This document shows positions 14,607 through 27,966 of a DNA stretch of 64,000 nucleotides, one piece after another (position 1 is the stretch's first letter; the number at the start of each line of letters is the position of its first letter). The notes below the pieces were generated by a model. It was not told where the DNA came from, made no database searches, and worked only from the letters and a program-made list of their open reading frames with translations. A program made the position numbers and the translations under genes. The DNA lies in assembly GCA_964247055.1 (NCBI GenBank), contig OZ176054.1, forward strand, positions 7,626,001 through 7,690,000. The letters run 5' to 3'. Origin of the DNA: Paragordius varius. Taxonomy: Eukaryota > Animalia > Nematomorpha.

Positions 14607-17600
14607 CTATAGATTATATTAAGTTTTTATATATGCAAATAATTATAGTTTGCTTAGCACACGTTATAATTTTTATGTGCAACTTTAAAAATATGGATCG
14701 GCAAATATTCAATTATTTTTTGTTAGTAATATTTAGCACATATTAACTGTTTTTTCTCGGTTGTGTTCTCTAATCTTCTGGAATTTCGTGTGCTTTTAGC
14801 TTTTAATCTGATATTTTAATAGAAAATTTTTCCTACGTACCGACCGAATTACACAATCTCATTTTTCAATTTGTATAACGTTCTATTATTAATATTATTA
14901 TTACATTAAATAAATAATTTTGGTAAAATTTTAATATATTATAATTTTTATCACTCAATATATCTAATCGCAATAATTATATTTTTATAATCAAATGAGA
15001 ATGAAATAAAAATTGTTTTCTTGTACCGCAACGATTTGATCAGTGTTTATAATAATATATGTATTTGTGTATTGACTGTAAATTTATTATTCAACTGCGC
15101 ATTTACAATATTTACACCTTTATAACCACATACCTTTTCCCAAGTTAAGTGTACTCATAAAAAATTTTGTTTAGTGTTAAATTATTTCGTTTTATGCCTT
15201 CGATATTATAAGAAAAATTAATAATAATTAAAAATTTTAAATTTCATATATTTTTAATGCCGCGAGCCAAAACTCCTTAATCCTAACGATTGGAAGATAA
15301 ATTATACAAACAACGTATTTTTTATCTCACAGGGCGAACTAAACTAAACTAATGAATGCGAAACTAAAGTGCGTGCCTTAGAAGGTTTGTTCCTCCTAGG
15401 TCTGTTTATTAAGCTTAATGAATGCATCAATATAACTTTTAAGGGGTTTCAAAATTGCAGCATGTAATCGGCCCTTATATATGTATGTATATATGTATAT
15501 GTAATTTCTGATTAATTATAAACTTTGAAATAAAAAAGCCAGATTTTTTTCCATGCTGTACAGGGCTTAAACGACTGAGCTATTCGGAATTACAACTTGA
15601 TTCATATCTAAAAACTGCTTTCACGTTATTTTTATATGGTGGCATGTTTTATAGATTGAGCATCTACCCAAAGGTTAACATATAAAGTAAACCATTGTTA
15701 ATCCATATGATTTGGCTTATCCGAAAAGTTACCTGCGAGCCACGATTAACAGTAAATAAAATGGCACACTATGCAAAGCGCTTACACCTAAAGTACATGA
15801 GATAGGGTGGAACCTTAGCCAGCGGCTTATCTATAAAAGCTATAGAATATATTTTTGCGTTATTAAAAATACCCTGAAACGGTGATTCAATCTATTGTTG
15901 TGACAGGTTTTTCAAAGAATTTTTTTCAGTCAGGTTATTTTTATATGGTAGCCAATTTTACATAAGGATCTCTAACTATAATAATATAAAATAGCTTTCA
16001 ACCAAATTTGTTGCCTTTATACGGGAAAAATCTAAAAACATTATTAATTTATAATCTCACTAACGCAAAAAATTGTTTCAAACCTGGGTCATCCATCGGT
16101 TAAATTAGAAAAAGCACTAAGCAATTTTAGCTTACAAATAAACACAAACTACTATTGTTTTATATAGTCATTTGCTTAACAATTCTACTTTTGGTGTCTT
16201 AGCTCTTTTTGCAAAAAATGTCATTTTATAGGTGGAGTGACTAAGTGCAGGGCTAATTCAAAAAAGTGGGGCGACTAGAGCGAATTCGTAAAAAAATAAA
16301 CAACATTTTAAGTTTGAATGAATCTATATATTTTCTGAAAAATTGTCTCAAAAACTCTATTTAAAAGCTAACTTTTCACGTGGAGTGGGGTTTACCAACC
16401 GCTAATTAACAAATCGACTATAGTTGGCGCATATAAAAATAAATAAAAATTCTCCACTTTTGAGCCGGAATGGGCCTACAAGTTTTACTAAAATTGACTC
16501 AAGGCTTCATTAATGTTTAGGGTCTTCGGAAACTTTGTTGAAACCATTTTCATTCAATTTTTCTAGACTTATTTTGGTTTTTTGGGTTCGAGATTTCAAT
16601 ACAGCACTTAGAATGAGTTAAAATAAACAGCGCATATAAATTATAATCATGCAATATTATAGTTAAATAAGGTCTAGGATAAATCCATAGAAACCTTATT
16701 AAACTTCATATATTCAGTATGATTCAAAACATTATATACGGCATTGAATGTTATATTATCAGTCGGTCAACAATAAAAAGTTTATAAAATAAAATAAACG
16801 GCAGCAGTAAAATATAAATTATTAGAATATTAAAAAACCATAAATTTCTTAATCATAAAAATATTTTTATTAAGCCATCAGCCACCGTAATTTTACTACT
16901 ATTACATGATTTCTTACTAATTATGACTAATGAAACGATTCTCTGCATAAAAACATTAAATATTTTAACTGCTGAGAACCGTCATCAAAACGCCCTAGAA
17001 CCCTGACTATAGCGTCTCTCTAAAGCTTTAATGCCAATTATTTCTTTATTAAGTCTGCTCCTTCTTCAACTATATGACTATCTACCCTTTTTGCAATGTG
17101 CTTTTTATATAAAATGGGCAGTTTTTGGATCAAAATACTTTTTAAAATTTTGTATTTTAGATATAGAATTGCATTTGGACCAATAAAACCTCAGTTTACA
17201 CTTAGTTGTACTCATTTTTGAATATTTATTGAGCGAATAAAAAGTAATAGAAATTATCAGTATATAACATATACCACGGTTCTCTAGCTTCAACACTTAA
17301 AAGTAAATTAACCAAACTGCAATATTAAATAATATACATTATGTAATATACTAAGATTGCCCTGTCATGCGTCGCTGCAATTCAACTAACATGAGGATTT
17401 TTGTTTCGGGTCATACAATATTTTTGTGCAACGTAAGAGCAATAACTGCAAATAAAAATACCTACAATACAAACATAGTCGTTATCTCATCATCTTTTTC
17501 TGTAGTATATTCGCATTTAACAATCATACCAAATTCTTCATACAAAGATTGTTCTTTGTGAGTTATTTATACTCATATTTTCCCACAAGTTTTAATTTTT

Positions 17601-18750
17601 AAATAATTAAAATTTGTAGATTATATATTTATAAAAGTTTTTGATTATAATAATTTGTATATCATGGTCAATTTCTTCTTGTAAAAGAAATTGTAGTATT
17701 AAATAGTTTTATTTCAGTAGGGACTGAACCCAGGAACAAATTAAAAAAATGTGATTGGATTATCGGCGCATTATAAAGGAAGTAACTATTTTTTTCTTGC
17801 TTCACAAACAAAACCCCGAGGCTAAACACAAGGCTTAAAAAGGCTCGCTTAGGTTAATTCTTAAATGAAATATGGATAACCATTTTTGTATTATAATTTG
17901 GTCTACAAGTTGTGTGAAAAATTTATTAGTTTTAATCAGAAAAGTATTTTTTTAAGAAAATCATAAACAACGTTTGTTTATGTTTTGTAACTATTTGCTC
18001 AATTTGGTATTTTTTCAAAAATTTAGGAGGAACCATTATAACTTGACCAAAACAATAAAACTGATACCAAACCAAATTTTTGGATATCGCGATTATTTTG
18101 TTCAAAACCGTTTTCCTTAAGATCTTTATGATCCGAAAGATGCAAATGATTATCTTAAAACAACGGTTCCGGTTTTTGTAAATACACGCTGTATATGTCG
18201 ATCTGAGCAGGCGCATGGAAAGCGGATGGCATTGTGTATCGATTCATAACCTTAGTAAATAAAGTAAAATTTTCATCTAAAAACAGATGTTTTTAGATTA
18301 GGAAATACTAGTTTTGTTCAGATGAGCCGCAACGTAGACATATATTGAATAAAATTTTGTTAGTGACATTTAATTAACAAATAATTTTATTAATTTGTTT
18401 TAGCGGTCATAATGAACCGAATTGTAGTAAAGATCTCGGACCCCATTTAAGGACTATTGATTAAAATTCTTATATCCTTTTTTATATTAGGATAGGAATT
18501 AAATTATAAAAAACTCATGATAGCTTTATCACTCACCTGCCCAGGGGTGACTATGATCAATGAACTGTGACATGGTTTTATAAATAATTTATAATTGTGA
18601 CATTACCGATATCATCAAGTTCAATTAAAATTGCAAATGAAGCATGCCATATTTATTGTGCAAAGAAAACTGCAAAAAATAATACTGTGGAATGGGTTGA
18701 AAACATGATTATTATAATAAATAAAATTTGTGTAATATACAAAAAAATAT

Positions 18751-21700
18751 TTAAAAGTTGGAATTCTTGATGGCGTTTTCAATGACAATTGCTATTCCTT
18801 GACCACCACCAATGCAAGCTGAGCCCACCGCATAAGTAAGATTCTTTCTACTACAAAACACAGTAATTAAATGAATAAAGATTTATTTGACACATAAATA
18901 AATTTACAGCGTAAAATGCCTTACAAAAAATACTTTTGCCTATGCTAATTCACAAACCCATATAGCAGAAAAAATGTATTATTAATTTTTATAAAATGTA
19001 ATATAAGAATTGTTAATTAAAAAATTATAGCAGACATATGCAAAGGTTATTAACAGAAACAATTGAATGTGATTACAAAATATAATAATATATTAAATAA
19101 AACTCGGATTCAAGCGGGACCAACAACTTAGTGACAAATTAACAAAAGCTATTAAGCTAATGACTACTTATTCATTAAAGCAACTTAAGGCAAAAAGTTA
19201 TAAAGTGCGCATAACTTTCAAATTAAATAATATTTCCGTGTTTACCGGCATAATGCAAGTGTCCTTAGTCAAATGTATTATTTTCAACCTATATACTTGA
19301 TTAAAATAAAAGAAAAAAATAATTTTTGATTAAAAACAAAAATCAATCATTGTAAAAATTAGTTAAATATAAGTCATGCGCTATTATTAATTCACAATGT
19401 TTGCAAAATACTTTACATCGGGAATTGTTTCACGATAAGCTTTTGATTATTTTATTCATATCCTGTATGTAAATGGTTATTACCTTTTTTTTAATTAACT
19501 TAGATTTCCAATTAATATTATCGATAATATAAATAGCATTGTAAATAATTTTAAAAAATAATTTTAATGTTGTTTTAGTTTGTTTACTAGGGACTATGTA
19601 TATGTAGTATTGGGTTTTTGTAAACTCTATTTATAACCTAAATAAATAAGATGTATTAAGGTGTGAACAATGAAACAAATGGCCCCTAATGCATTTATTT
19701 TATTAAATATAACTACCATTTTTTATGTTTTTACAACTTCTCCCAACATAATTGGCATTTTTATTATTGCTGCTTCATGGCTGCCAAAAATTTAAAGCAC
19801 ATATGCCAATAATCAATAGTGATCTAATCGCAAATAATAATTGCGCTTTTTTGGTCCTTAAAGTGAGTATTATGTAATGGAAAAGCGTAATTAAATTTTA
19901 TTAATGTGGTAAAAAAACTTTCTCCTAAACGCAACAAAAATTGGAGCGGTAGAATGACAATATTTTAAGAGCCAATAAGAATATTCTCAGGTTTTTGAAA
20001 TACAATATTAAGGGAATAAAACAGAGACTATTTTGATTATATACTAAAAAAATGGTAATATCCTATGTTAATTAGGCTAGGCTATAGCTATAGGTACAAG
20101 AATGTAGTTTTAATAATCGTAAGTCAGATTTTCATTTGGGAACTAATAAAGGAAATATTATCCCAAACTTTTGCATTCTAATATTGTCATTCCACCCTTG
20201 CATATTCAATTAAGCTTGGAAGAATATTTTTATAACGATAATTATCAATTTGCGCAGACTTGATCAAAACATATTAACAATTGATACGAATTTCTTGCAA
20301 TTATAAAAAATGAATAGTGATTAACGTTTTTCCAATACTTCGTATTGTTTTCTACAGATATTAATGAATGGAATCCCAAAAAAATTTATCACCCCGGAAG
20401 CTTTAAGCTTCACCAAATAAAAAGGCAAGTGTGAAAACTTATTCAAATTAGATAAAAGTCAATATACAAAAATAACAAGGGCAGAAAACTGTTCAACTCT
20501 TCCTTTAACAGAATACTGAAGGCACAAGGATTGATCAATCAATGCATAATTAGAGTTTTTTGCACAGCTTCAACAAACTAAAAATGATTTCAACAAATAA
20601 AAAATAAGCAGATGTTTTTAGCCAGAACACATAATTGAAGTTTTGGCTTACATTTACCTTATGACACCATATGAAGGCATAATTATTCAGGGTCAAACTG
20701 GTTAATAAACATCACAAACGGAAACTTAAGTAAATTAACCGATAAAAAACACCAATCAAGATTTGAAAATTATAAGCTCGCTGTATTAATCAAATTATCG
20801 CCAATAATCAATTTTTGTTCTGTTAGGAAAATCGACTCAACTTTTTATAAACGTAGGCAATAACTCATGATAAATTTAGCATTATATTATAGATATTTTC
20901 AAAGGTTGCTTATTTTCCCTAAAGATAATAAATATTAAAAAATTAATCATAAAAAAGAATTTACATCAATTGATGTGTTAAATGAGCAATTATACGCGAT
21001 CCAGAGGCAGCTAGCGGGTGACCTATGGCGATGGCACCACCACAAACATTAGTTCTACTCGGGTCCAAATCAAGTTCTCGTTCGACCGCTAAATATTGTG
21101 AGGCAAAAGCTTCATTCACCTAATGATATATGGAAATTGGTTATTATTTCTTGTCTTACAATAACTACAAGAGACCCATTCGCTATGAGCCAAATTGTGA
21201 AAAAAATAAACATGAGAAAAACAATTAAGCTAGTTCAAATACAAATCGGTTAAATAGTATGTACTATGTAGTGTCCCTAATTTAAGTTGACAAATGTGAA
21301 ATAACATTTATATAATATGTATAATTATTATTATATACCAAATTTCATCGTTTAAGATAACTACACGAAAGTTATTTCATAAAATAGCAATCACAAATAC
21401 GATATTTGATACTTAAAAAATTCTTTTGCTCAACATTATTGGACTTAAATCTGGTAACAATTTACATATCTGGCAGATGCACCGATTTTACAATATGTTG
21501 CCTTTACTATCAAATAATTTTGATTATTTCGATATTGTTTATGGAAATTTCTAATTTTATAATATATTGAATTTATTTTTTTGAAAACTCCGAAAATAAC
21601 CAGAAGTATATGCATTCTTTGTTACACAATAAAAGGGTGTATCTAAAAAGTTGTCTCTCATATAAAAAGTATTTATATTATAAAACTATTTTTACACTCA

Positions 21701-24700
21701 TGAACTTATGTATATAAATATATTTTTTAAAATCAATAAAATAGATATAACTCAAAATCAAGGCATGAGTTATATAAAATAGATGGAGAGCGGTAAATTT
21801 TCGAAATCAGCTTGGACATATCATTATCATAATGAAATGATTCCAGGCTAAATTTGAAATAACTTATTATAAAAATGTTTTTTTATTATGTCGCGTTAGT
21901 ATAGTATTTTAAATAACCTTTTGTTATATTATAAAAAACTACTTCAATCAAATCCATTTTCTTTAAGGGTAAATCAGCCTTTTTGAGTGCGTGCCTAATC
22001 GCTTCTACAGGTCCGATACCCATTATTGCAGGATCACATCCTAATTTTTATAACATTATAAAATGTAATCCGATTTTAACGCAAAAAAATGATTATAAAT
22101 TTCATATTCAAAGTAAATATGATTGTTATCTGTAAAAAAACATCCGTTATATATTTTACAAACAAAACCACTTAAAAAGGTAAGATTAAACGTAAATTCA
22201 CATACATTGAGAGTTTAACAATTATTTTCAAAAACAAAATTTAAGAGCTTCCATTTTCTCACCAAATACACATTTTAGATAAAAAATATTATTGAATATT
22301 TTTCGTAATCTAACCAGTAACATGATAGGATACTATGCGTGCTAATGGCTTAAACCCTTTTCTTTTACAAGTTTTTCCGTCGGCCAAAATCACTGCTCCA
22401 GCACCATCACTGATACCCTTAAACAAATATTATTTGTCATATAAAAACAATAGAGGAAATTTTTGATTTTTTTATCTGTTAAAACTTTGTAATATATATT
22501 GATATTAACAAAATGATCATAAAATAAAGCAAGAGTACAGAAGCATTCCCAGCTGAAACGGTTCCGTCTTTTTTAAAGAGGGCAGGAAGTTTGGTTAACG
22601 TATCAAGTGTCGTCTCCGGTTTGGGGTGTTCATCTATTGAAAAAACCTTATTTGGATCCTTTTTGGTTGCTATGTTAATGGGACATATTTCGTCATCAAA
22701 TGCATTCTCCTTTTGTGCTAAAAACATTTGCATATTATATTATATTAATATTGTCATCAAACATTGAATATAATAATTTACATATCGTTAAATTTATTTT
22801 AACACTTGGATACAACACATTCATTTCAGTCCTTCGATTCAAATTGGGGTATTTGAATACGCCAGCACTGTTTAAAATTAAATAATTCAAAAAATATGGA
22901 ATGAATTGAAACCATGGCAAAAATTTGCATATTTATAACAGTTTCTATCAATGTTGATTTAAATAAAAAATTAGTTTACATTTTAGCGTTAAACTCAAAA
23001 AAACACTTTTGCAAAAATGTTGTATAATAAAAATGGTGTCGAAGTAGTTTGATATGGAACTTTTTTTCAATACTAAACTTTATTTAGTGATTTTGGCTTA
23101 TTATAATTTTTATTAGGATTGAAGCATAAATTTTAAAAGTGGAACCGTTTTTTTCAGTGCTTTTTTAAAATTTCAACTATGTAGTTTGGGTTTAGATTCC
23201 CCAATTTGAATCAAAGTATTAAACTAAACTATTGCATTTCGATACAAGATACTACCCTTTTAAGGGATAAAAAAAACTTTCGTATATCAAAAATGTTCAA
23301 TATATAGAATGCAATTTTAACTTTAAAATTTTTAATTTAAACTAATATTTAAAGGTATAATTAGTTACCACCAATATACCATTTTTCCATCTCATTTGGG
23401 ATTGGAGTGCATAGGTGTCCGCTTCAAGCTTAGTTATTCCATATTTTTGAGCCAGATTTTCGGCCGTTATAGACATTGGCATATTGACATAGGTATCGGT
23501 TAAACCTTGCCATAAACTATCTTCCAGCTATAAAATGAAATATAAAATAAAGTTAAAAAGCGTTTGCGAAATAATGGATTTTTACTGCTTTTGTGATATA
23601 TCATTAAGAATTTTTGCACTTAATATGAGTTTAAAGTAAATAATATCATTGTATAATCCGACCAGATATTTTGAACTTTGACGCAGTACAAAATTAAAAC
23701 ATATTTGACTGTTTTTTACACCATCTGTGTGGTATATTACACAGCTTCCACAAAAAAATATCCTGATGAAATATATATATATATATACTGATAGGAAAAT
23801 ATCTGGATTATCATGGTGCTTTTGGTTTTAACCCTTACTTATTAAAGAAAGTTGTTTACACTTTTGTGTTAATGCTCCGTATAAAATATGCAAAAAGTGC
23901 GCATTATTATCAAATATATTTTTTGAAAATTAAATGCTTTATTTCAAAATATATCACTAAAATATAAAATAACCTGCATTTAAAAAGCAAAACAATATTT
24001 TTAAAAATTTTAAATTGTTAGATGTGGGCTCTGAAAGTCCCATTTTTGGCTCTTAAATGGATTGCTCTCTTATAGAAAACGCAAAAATTCCGACATTAAG
24101 CAATAATTTTAAATATATGCTAAATTTCGATAACTAAATATATTTTTCATGCATACTTTCAAAAATTAATTTTTAATGATTTTATTAAAGGCTACTACAT
24201 ACTATTTTCATGGAAACGATATGAGCGGTTGAGATGTTTTAATTTTTATATATAATTCGATAATATTATACGTTTTTTTCACTCAAAATTATTGAGTTTT
24301 TTTTACTAAAACCACCAAAATTTGCAAGCAAATAAACCTTTAAATTAAAATTCTTAACCTATAGTAATGTTCAACATCATCAATTTAGAAAAAGGGTTTT
24401 ATAATATCTTAAAGCGTTATACCTTTTCCACCATGTTTAAAAATAGTTTGATACACTTCAACAATATATCTCGAATTTGTTTATGCAAAAAAATAAGAAA
24501 ACTAATAAAAATTAAAGATTAGGAAAAAAAGAAATATCATACCTCCCACCAAATGAGTAAAAGCGTAAAAACTCTAATTTTTTTATATGAAACAGGTTAT
24601 TTCGAAATCATATGCCATATATAATAAATTTTAAATAAAATGTTACGGGAATAACAATTGTTTATATAAGTTTTAGTTTGTAATTATAACAAAAAATGAA

Positions 24701-25737
24701 CTTTCTAAACTTGATCAAATATATATCAAAATATCATAAATTATTTGTTAATTTTAAATTTTTAGGCACCTCTTTTTGCCGCCCTGAGTGAAAGAGCCAT
24801 TAGTCTGAATCTTACGGTGTCAGATTTATAGTTTCACTGCGCGAAACGCTGCAATCATAAGCGGTTTGACCGATCCAAAATCCATTTTTATGTATAATTC
24901 GAGCAGAAAATAAAATATTAACCAATTAAAAATAGGCCAATCTTAGTTTTTTACCGCAAAATGATCCATTTCTTTACAAATTATGGGCTTATTTTTACAG
25001 TGAGTACTATGTCAAATTCTAAAATAATTTTTTTGAATAAATAATAGGTAATTAATATATATTCATAATTAATTAATTTTTTTAATTTCGAAAAGCAGTC
25101 GCAGTTTTTTCTGAAAATCCAGTACTGTACTGCGAAAAACAGCCTATATGGTCACATTATCATTGTATACCAAAATCAACCAAAAATTTATATAAATATA
25201 CTAGGGACATATAAACCTTTAAATCAGTGCCTAATTTTATTCCAAAACGAACATCTCTAAGCATATAAGGTGATAGGCTCATATTTTCAGTTCCACCGCA
25301 CAAAACTACTTCCGAATTATATGTAGCTATTTCCTATAAGTTTAAAAAATATTCAGAAACTTGATATCCATTTATGATGGATTGAAAACCTGATCCACAA
25401 AGTCTATTTACAGTTAATGCGGGAGAACTGACATCTAAGCCTAATTTTAGGCCGACATGCCTGGCAAGATAAATTGAGCTCGGTGATGTCTAATCTTTTA
25501 TCAAAAAACTATTACATACATGTATAACATGACCAACTACGGTAGAATCGATATCAGTAGGCTTTATGTTGTTATATTTTCCATTTAAACAAGCTTTACT
25601 AGCAAATAAACAGAGTTCAGTTGGAGAAAAGTTTTTTAATTTACCACCAAAAGCACCAAAAGGTGTTCTTTTTGCCGCTATTATAAATATGTCTAAAATA
25701 TTGATGATAAATTTAATTTACCTTTAACATGCGTCAT
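18751..25737 (-). CDS. ACAA2: Mitochondrial 3-ketoacyl-CoA thiolase, 405 aa, 10 exons: 25722-25737, 25520-25692, 25361-25489, 25217-25333, 23380-23527, 22539-22717, 22315-22417, 21943-22040, 20965-21119, 18751-18850
   Basis: The spliced ORF is continuous (1218 nt) with thiolase motifs [19 protein letters not shown] (catalytic Cys), VNEAF, GHP (His) and ACIGGGQG (Cys). All introns are GT-AG; introns 1-3 are 29, 30 and 27 nt. Confidence 0.97.
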
Positions 25738-26319
25738 ATTTCAGGTCGATTACTATATAAGGTTGGGTTATTCAAATTTCAAAGAGGTATATTTATTAAC
25801 ATAGGTCAAATATGTTAATTTAATTTAACACCTTTCGTTATTCCGACCTATTTTTCTAAATGTTTTTTTAAAGTAAAAAGAGTTTATGAGTGGAAGCAGT
25901 GTACAAGCTATTTTAATATAAAAATTTTTGGTTTAAAAGACCGATTAAAATTATAGTAGACATGTTTGGAATATAGTTGAGTTATCAATAAAAAATTAAA
26001 GCGTAATCATAGTTTATAGAAATATTTGTTTTCCCTAAAAAATTAATATTTAGGTATCAAAAAAGGATTTAAAAATAAAGTTGAGTTATCAATAAAAAAT
26101 CAGAAAGCATAATCACAGTATTATTTAAATTAAAAACCATTTAAAAAATTGATTTCAAAAAAAAACAATATCTAGGTATCCAGAAAATGGTGACAGGCAT
26201 GCATCCTAGCTTAATAATATGCAATATTACCCCCAATCAAGGTATCTAAAGTCACAGTCTCCACTCTAAACACGTCGAAACGACGCTTGGCGTAATTTCC
26301 TCTTTAAACATGTTTTTCT

Positions 26320-27075
26320 TAATTTGGTTACATATTATAGTGTTTTTAGACCATTAACGTTCAACCGACAATTACGTGGAGATTCATCGCTAATCTCGGT
26401 TGTTAGCAAAATTTTAATTCTTTCGTATTATCCAAAAAGACAATCTTTCCCGTTTCATAAGCCTCATTCAGTAGGTATTTTATCAGAAAACATTCCTATC
26501 ATATGTATTAATTTGGTTACATATTATAGTGTTTTTAGACCATTAACGTTCAAACGACAATTACGTGGAGATTCATCGCTAATCTCGGTTGTTAGCAAAA
26601 TTTTAATTCTTTCGTATTATCCAAAAAGACAATCTTTCCCGTTTCATAAGCCTCATTCAGTAGGTATTTTATCAGAAAACATTCCTATCATATGTATTAA
26701 TTTGGTTACATATTATAGTGTTTTTAGACCATTAACGTTCAAACGACAATTACGTGGAGATTCATCGCTAATCTCGGTTGTTAGCAAAATTTTAATTCTT
26801 TCGTATTATCCAAAAAGACAATCTTTCCCGTTTCATAAGCCTCATTCAGTAGGTATTTTATCAGAAAACATTCCTATCATATGTATTAATTTGGTTACAT
26901 ATTATAGTGTTTTTAGACCATTAACGTTCAAACGACAATTACGTGGAGATTCATCGCTAATCTCGGTTGTTAGCAAAATTTTAATTCTTTCGTATTATCC
27001 AAAAAGACAATCTTTCCCGTTTCATAAGCCTCATTCAGTAGGTATTTTATCAGAAAACATTCCTATCATATGTAT
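26320..27075. repeat. Tandem array, 189-bp unit x4, near-identical
   Basis: Units start at 26321, 26510, 26699 and 26888. I see a single substitution (unit 1 AACCGAC vs AAACGAC). The 3n unit length gives the 258-aa repetitive plus-strand ORF. Confidence 0.97.
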
Positions 27076-27966
27076 CGGTTTAAACGGTAATTCGTTATAA
27101 ACCGACCATTAACGTTCGACTCACAAACACAGAGGAATGATTATAATAATTTGTCGCCAAACTCTACTATTTCTTGCCTAAATTTCAAAAGTCCACTCAC
27201 ATGTATTCCGCCATCTTTATTTCCTCACACGGTACAATAATACATAGTTTTATTATTTTAGGAAATGATAAGTGGCAGTTTAGTGGGCATATCTTTTAAA
27301 ATTTGGTTTAATTAGAGTCTGCACATGGTTGACAGAAATATACCATATGTGCTTGTGTACTACAATAACAAGGGTATTAATGAAACAAACAATGTGCAAT
27401 CATTAATGGTCCAATTTCTAGGGCTTGACCCAAGATGGAGGGCGGTTTAGAGCCCACACATGCTTGACCAGGATTGTAGAACAGCTGTTACGAGGACTTT
27501 ACCCCGAAGGAGAATTGGGTTAATGCCGCCCAAAGCCCTTCGAAAGTTTTTTCATATCTGATTAACGATAACGAGAAAGATTGTAACGGTATTTTATCCA
27601 TGAGTACGTTTATTTATATATTGAATCACAGTCAGAATTTAAAGCAATTAAAGGCGGTTAAAGTTGAAAAGTTAATAGATCACACAAGGTTAGTGAATTG
27701 ATAAACGTTTTATTTAATAAGAGTAGGAAATAAATTATTAATTTTTTCAAAAAACTAAAAAGACGCCATCTATTTATTTATTAACAATCAACCCTCTATG
27801 CAGATTATAAATTTGTGAAATGGCTACTAACCGGTCTAATACCAAAATTATGGAGCTTAATTACGATTATTTATACAGCAAAAATACAATGGTAACTTTT
27901 ATCAATGTAATTAACAACGTCGCATTGTTTGTGTTAAACTTTGAATAAAAACATATAATAGATTTA

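Noticed and set aside
19680-20440. Antisense nested exons in ACAA2 intron 9 (…AFLVLK|GTGAGT; CAG|[10 protein letters not shown]…)
   Set aside because: Short, lacking a convincing start or homology; such splice-like sites are frequent in AT-rich DNA.
25334-25519. Alternative genetic code (TAG/TAA read-through) to explain in-frame stops
   Set aside because: ACAA2, WDTC1 and SmD3 end at TAA/TAG at homologous positions, and most micro-introns are not multiples of three.
26320-27075. CRISPR-like interpretation of the 189-bp and 21-bp arrays
   Set aside because: No unique spacers, no cas genes, eukaryotic context.
26324-27100. The 258-aa ORF as a bona fide protein
   Set aside because: Starts at TTG, its length is a by-product of a 3n repeat unit, and it has no recognisable domain. 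Kept only as a repeat finding.
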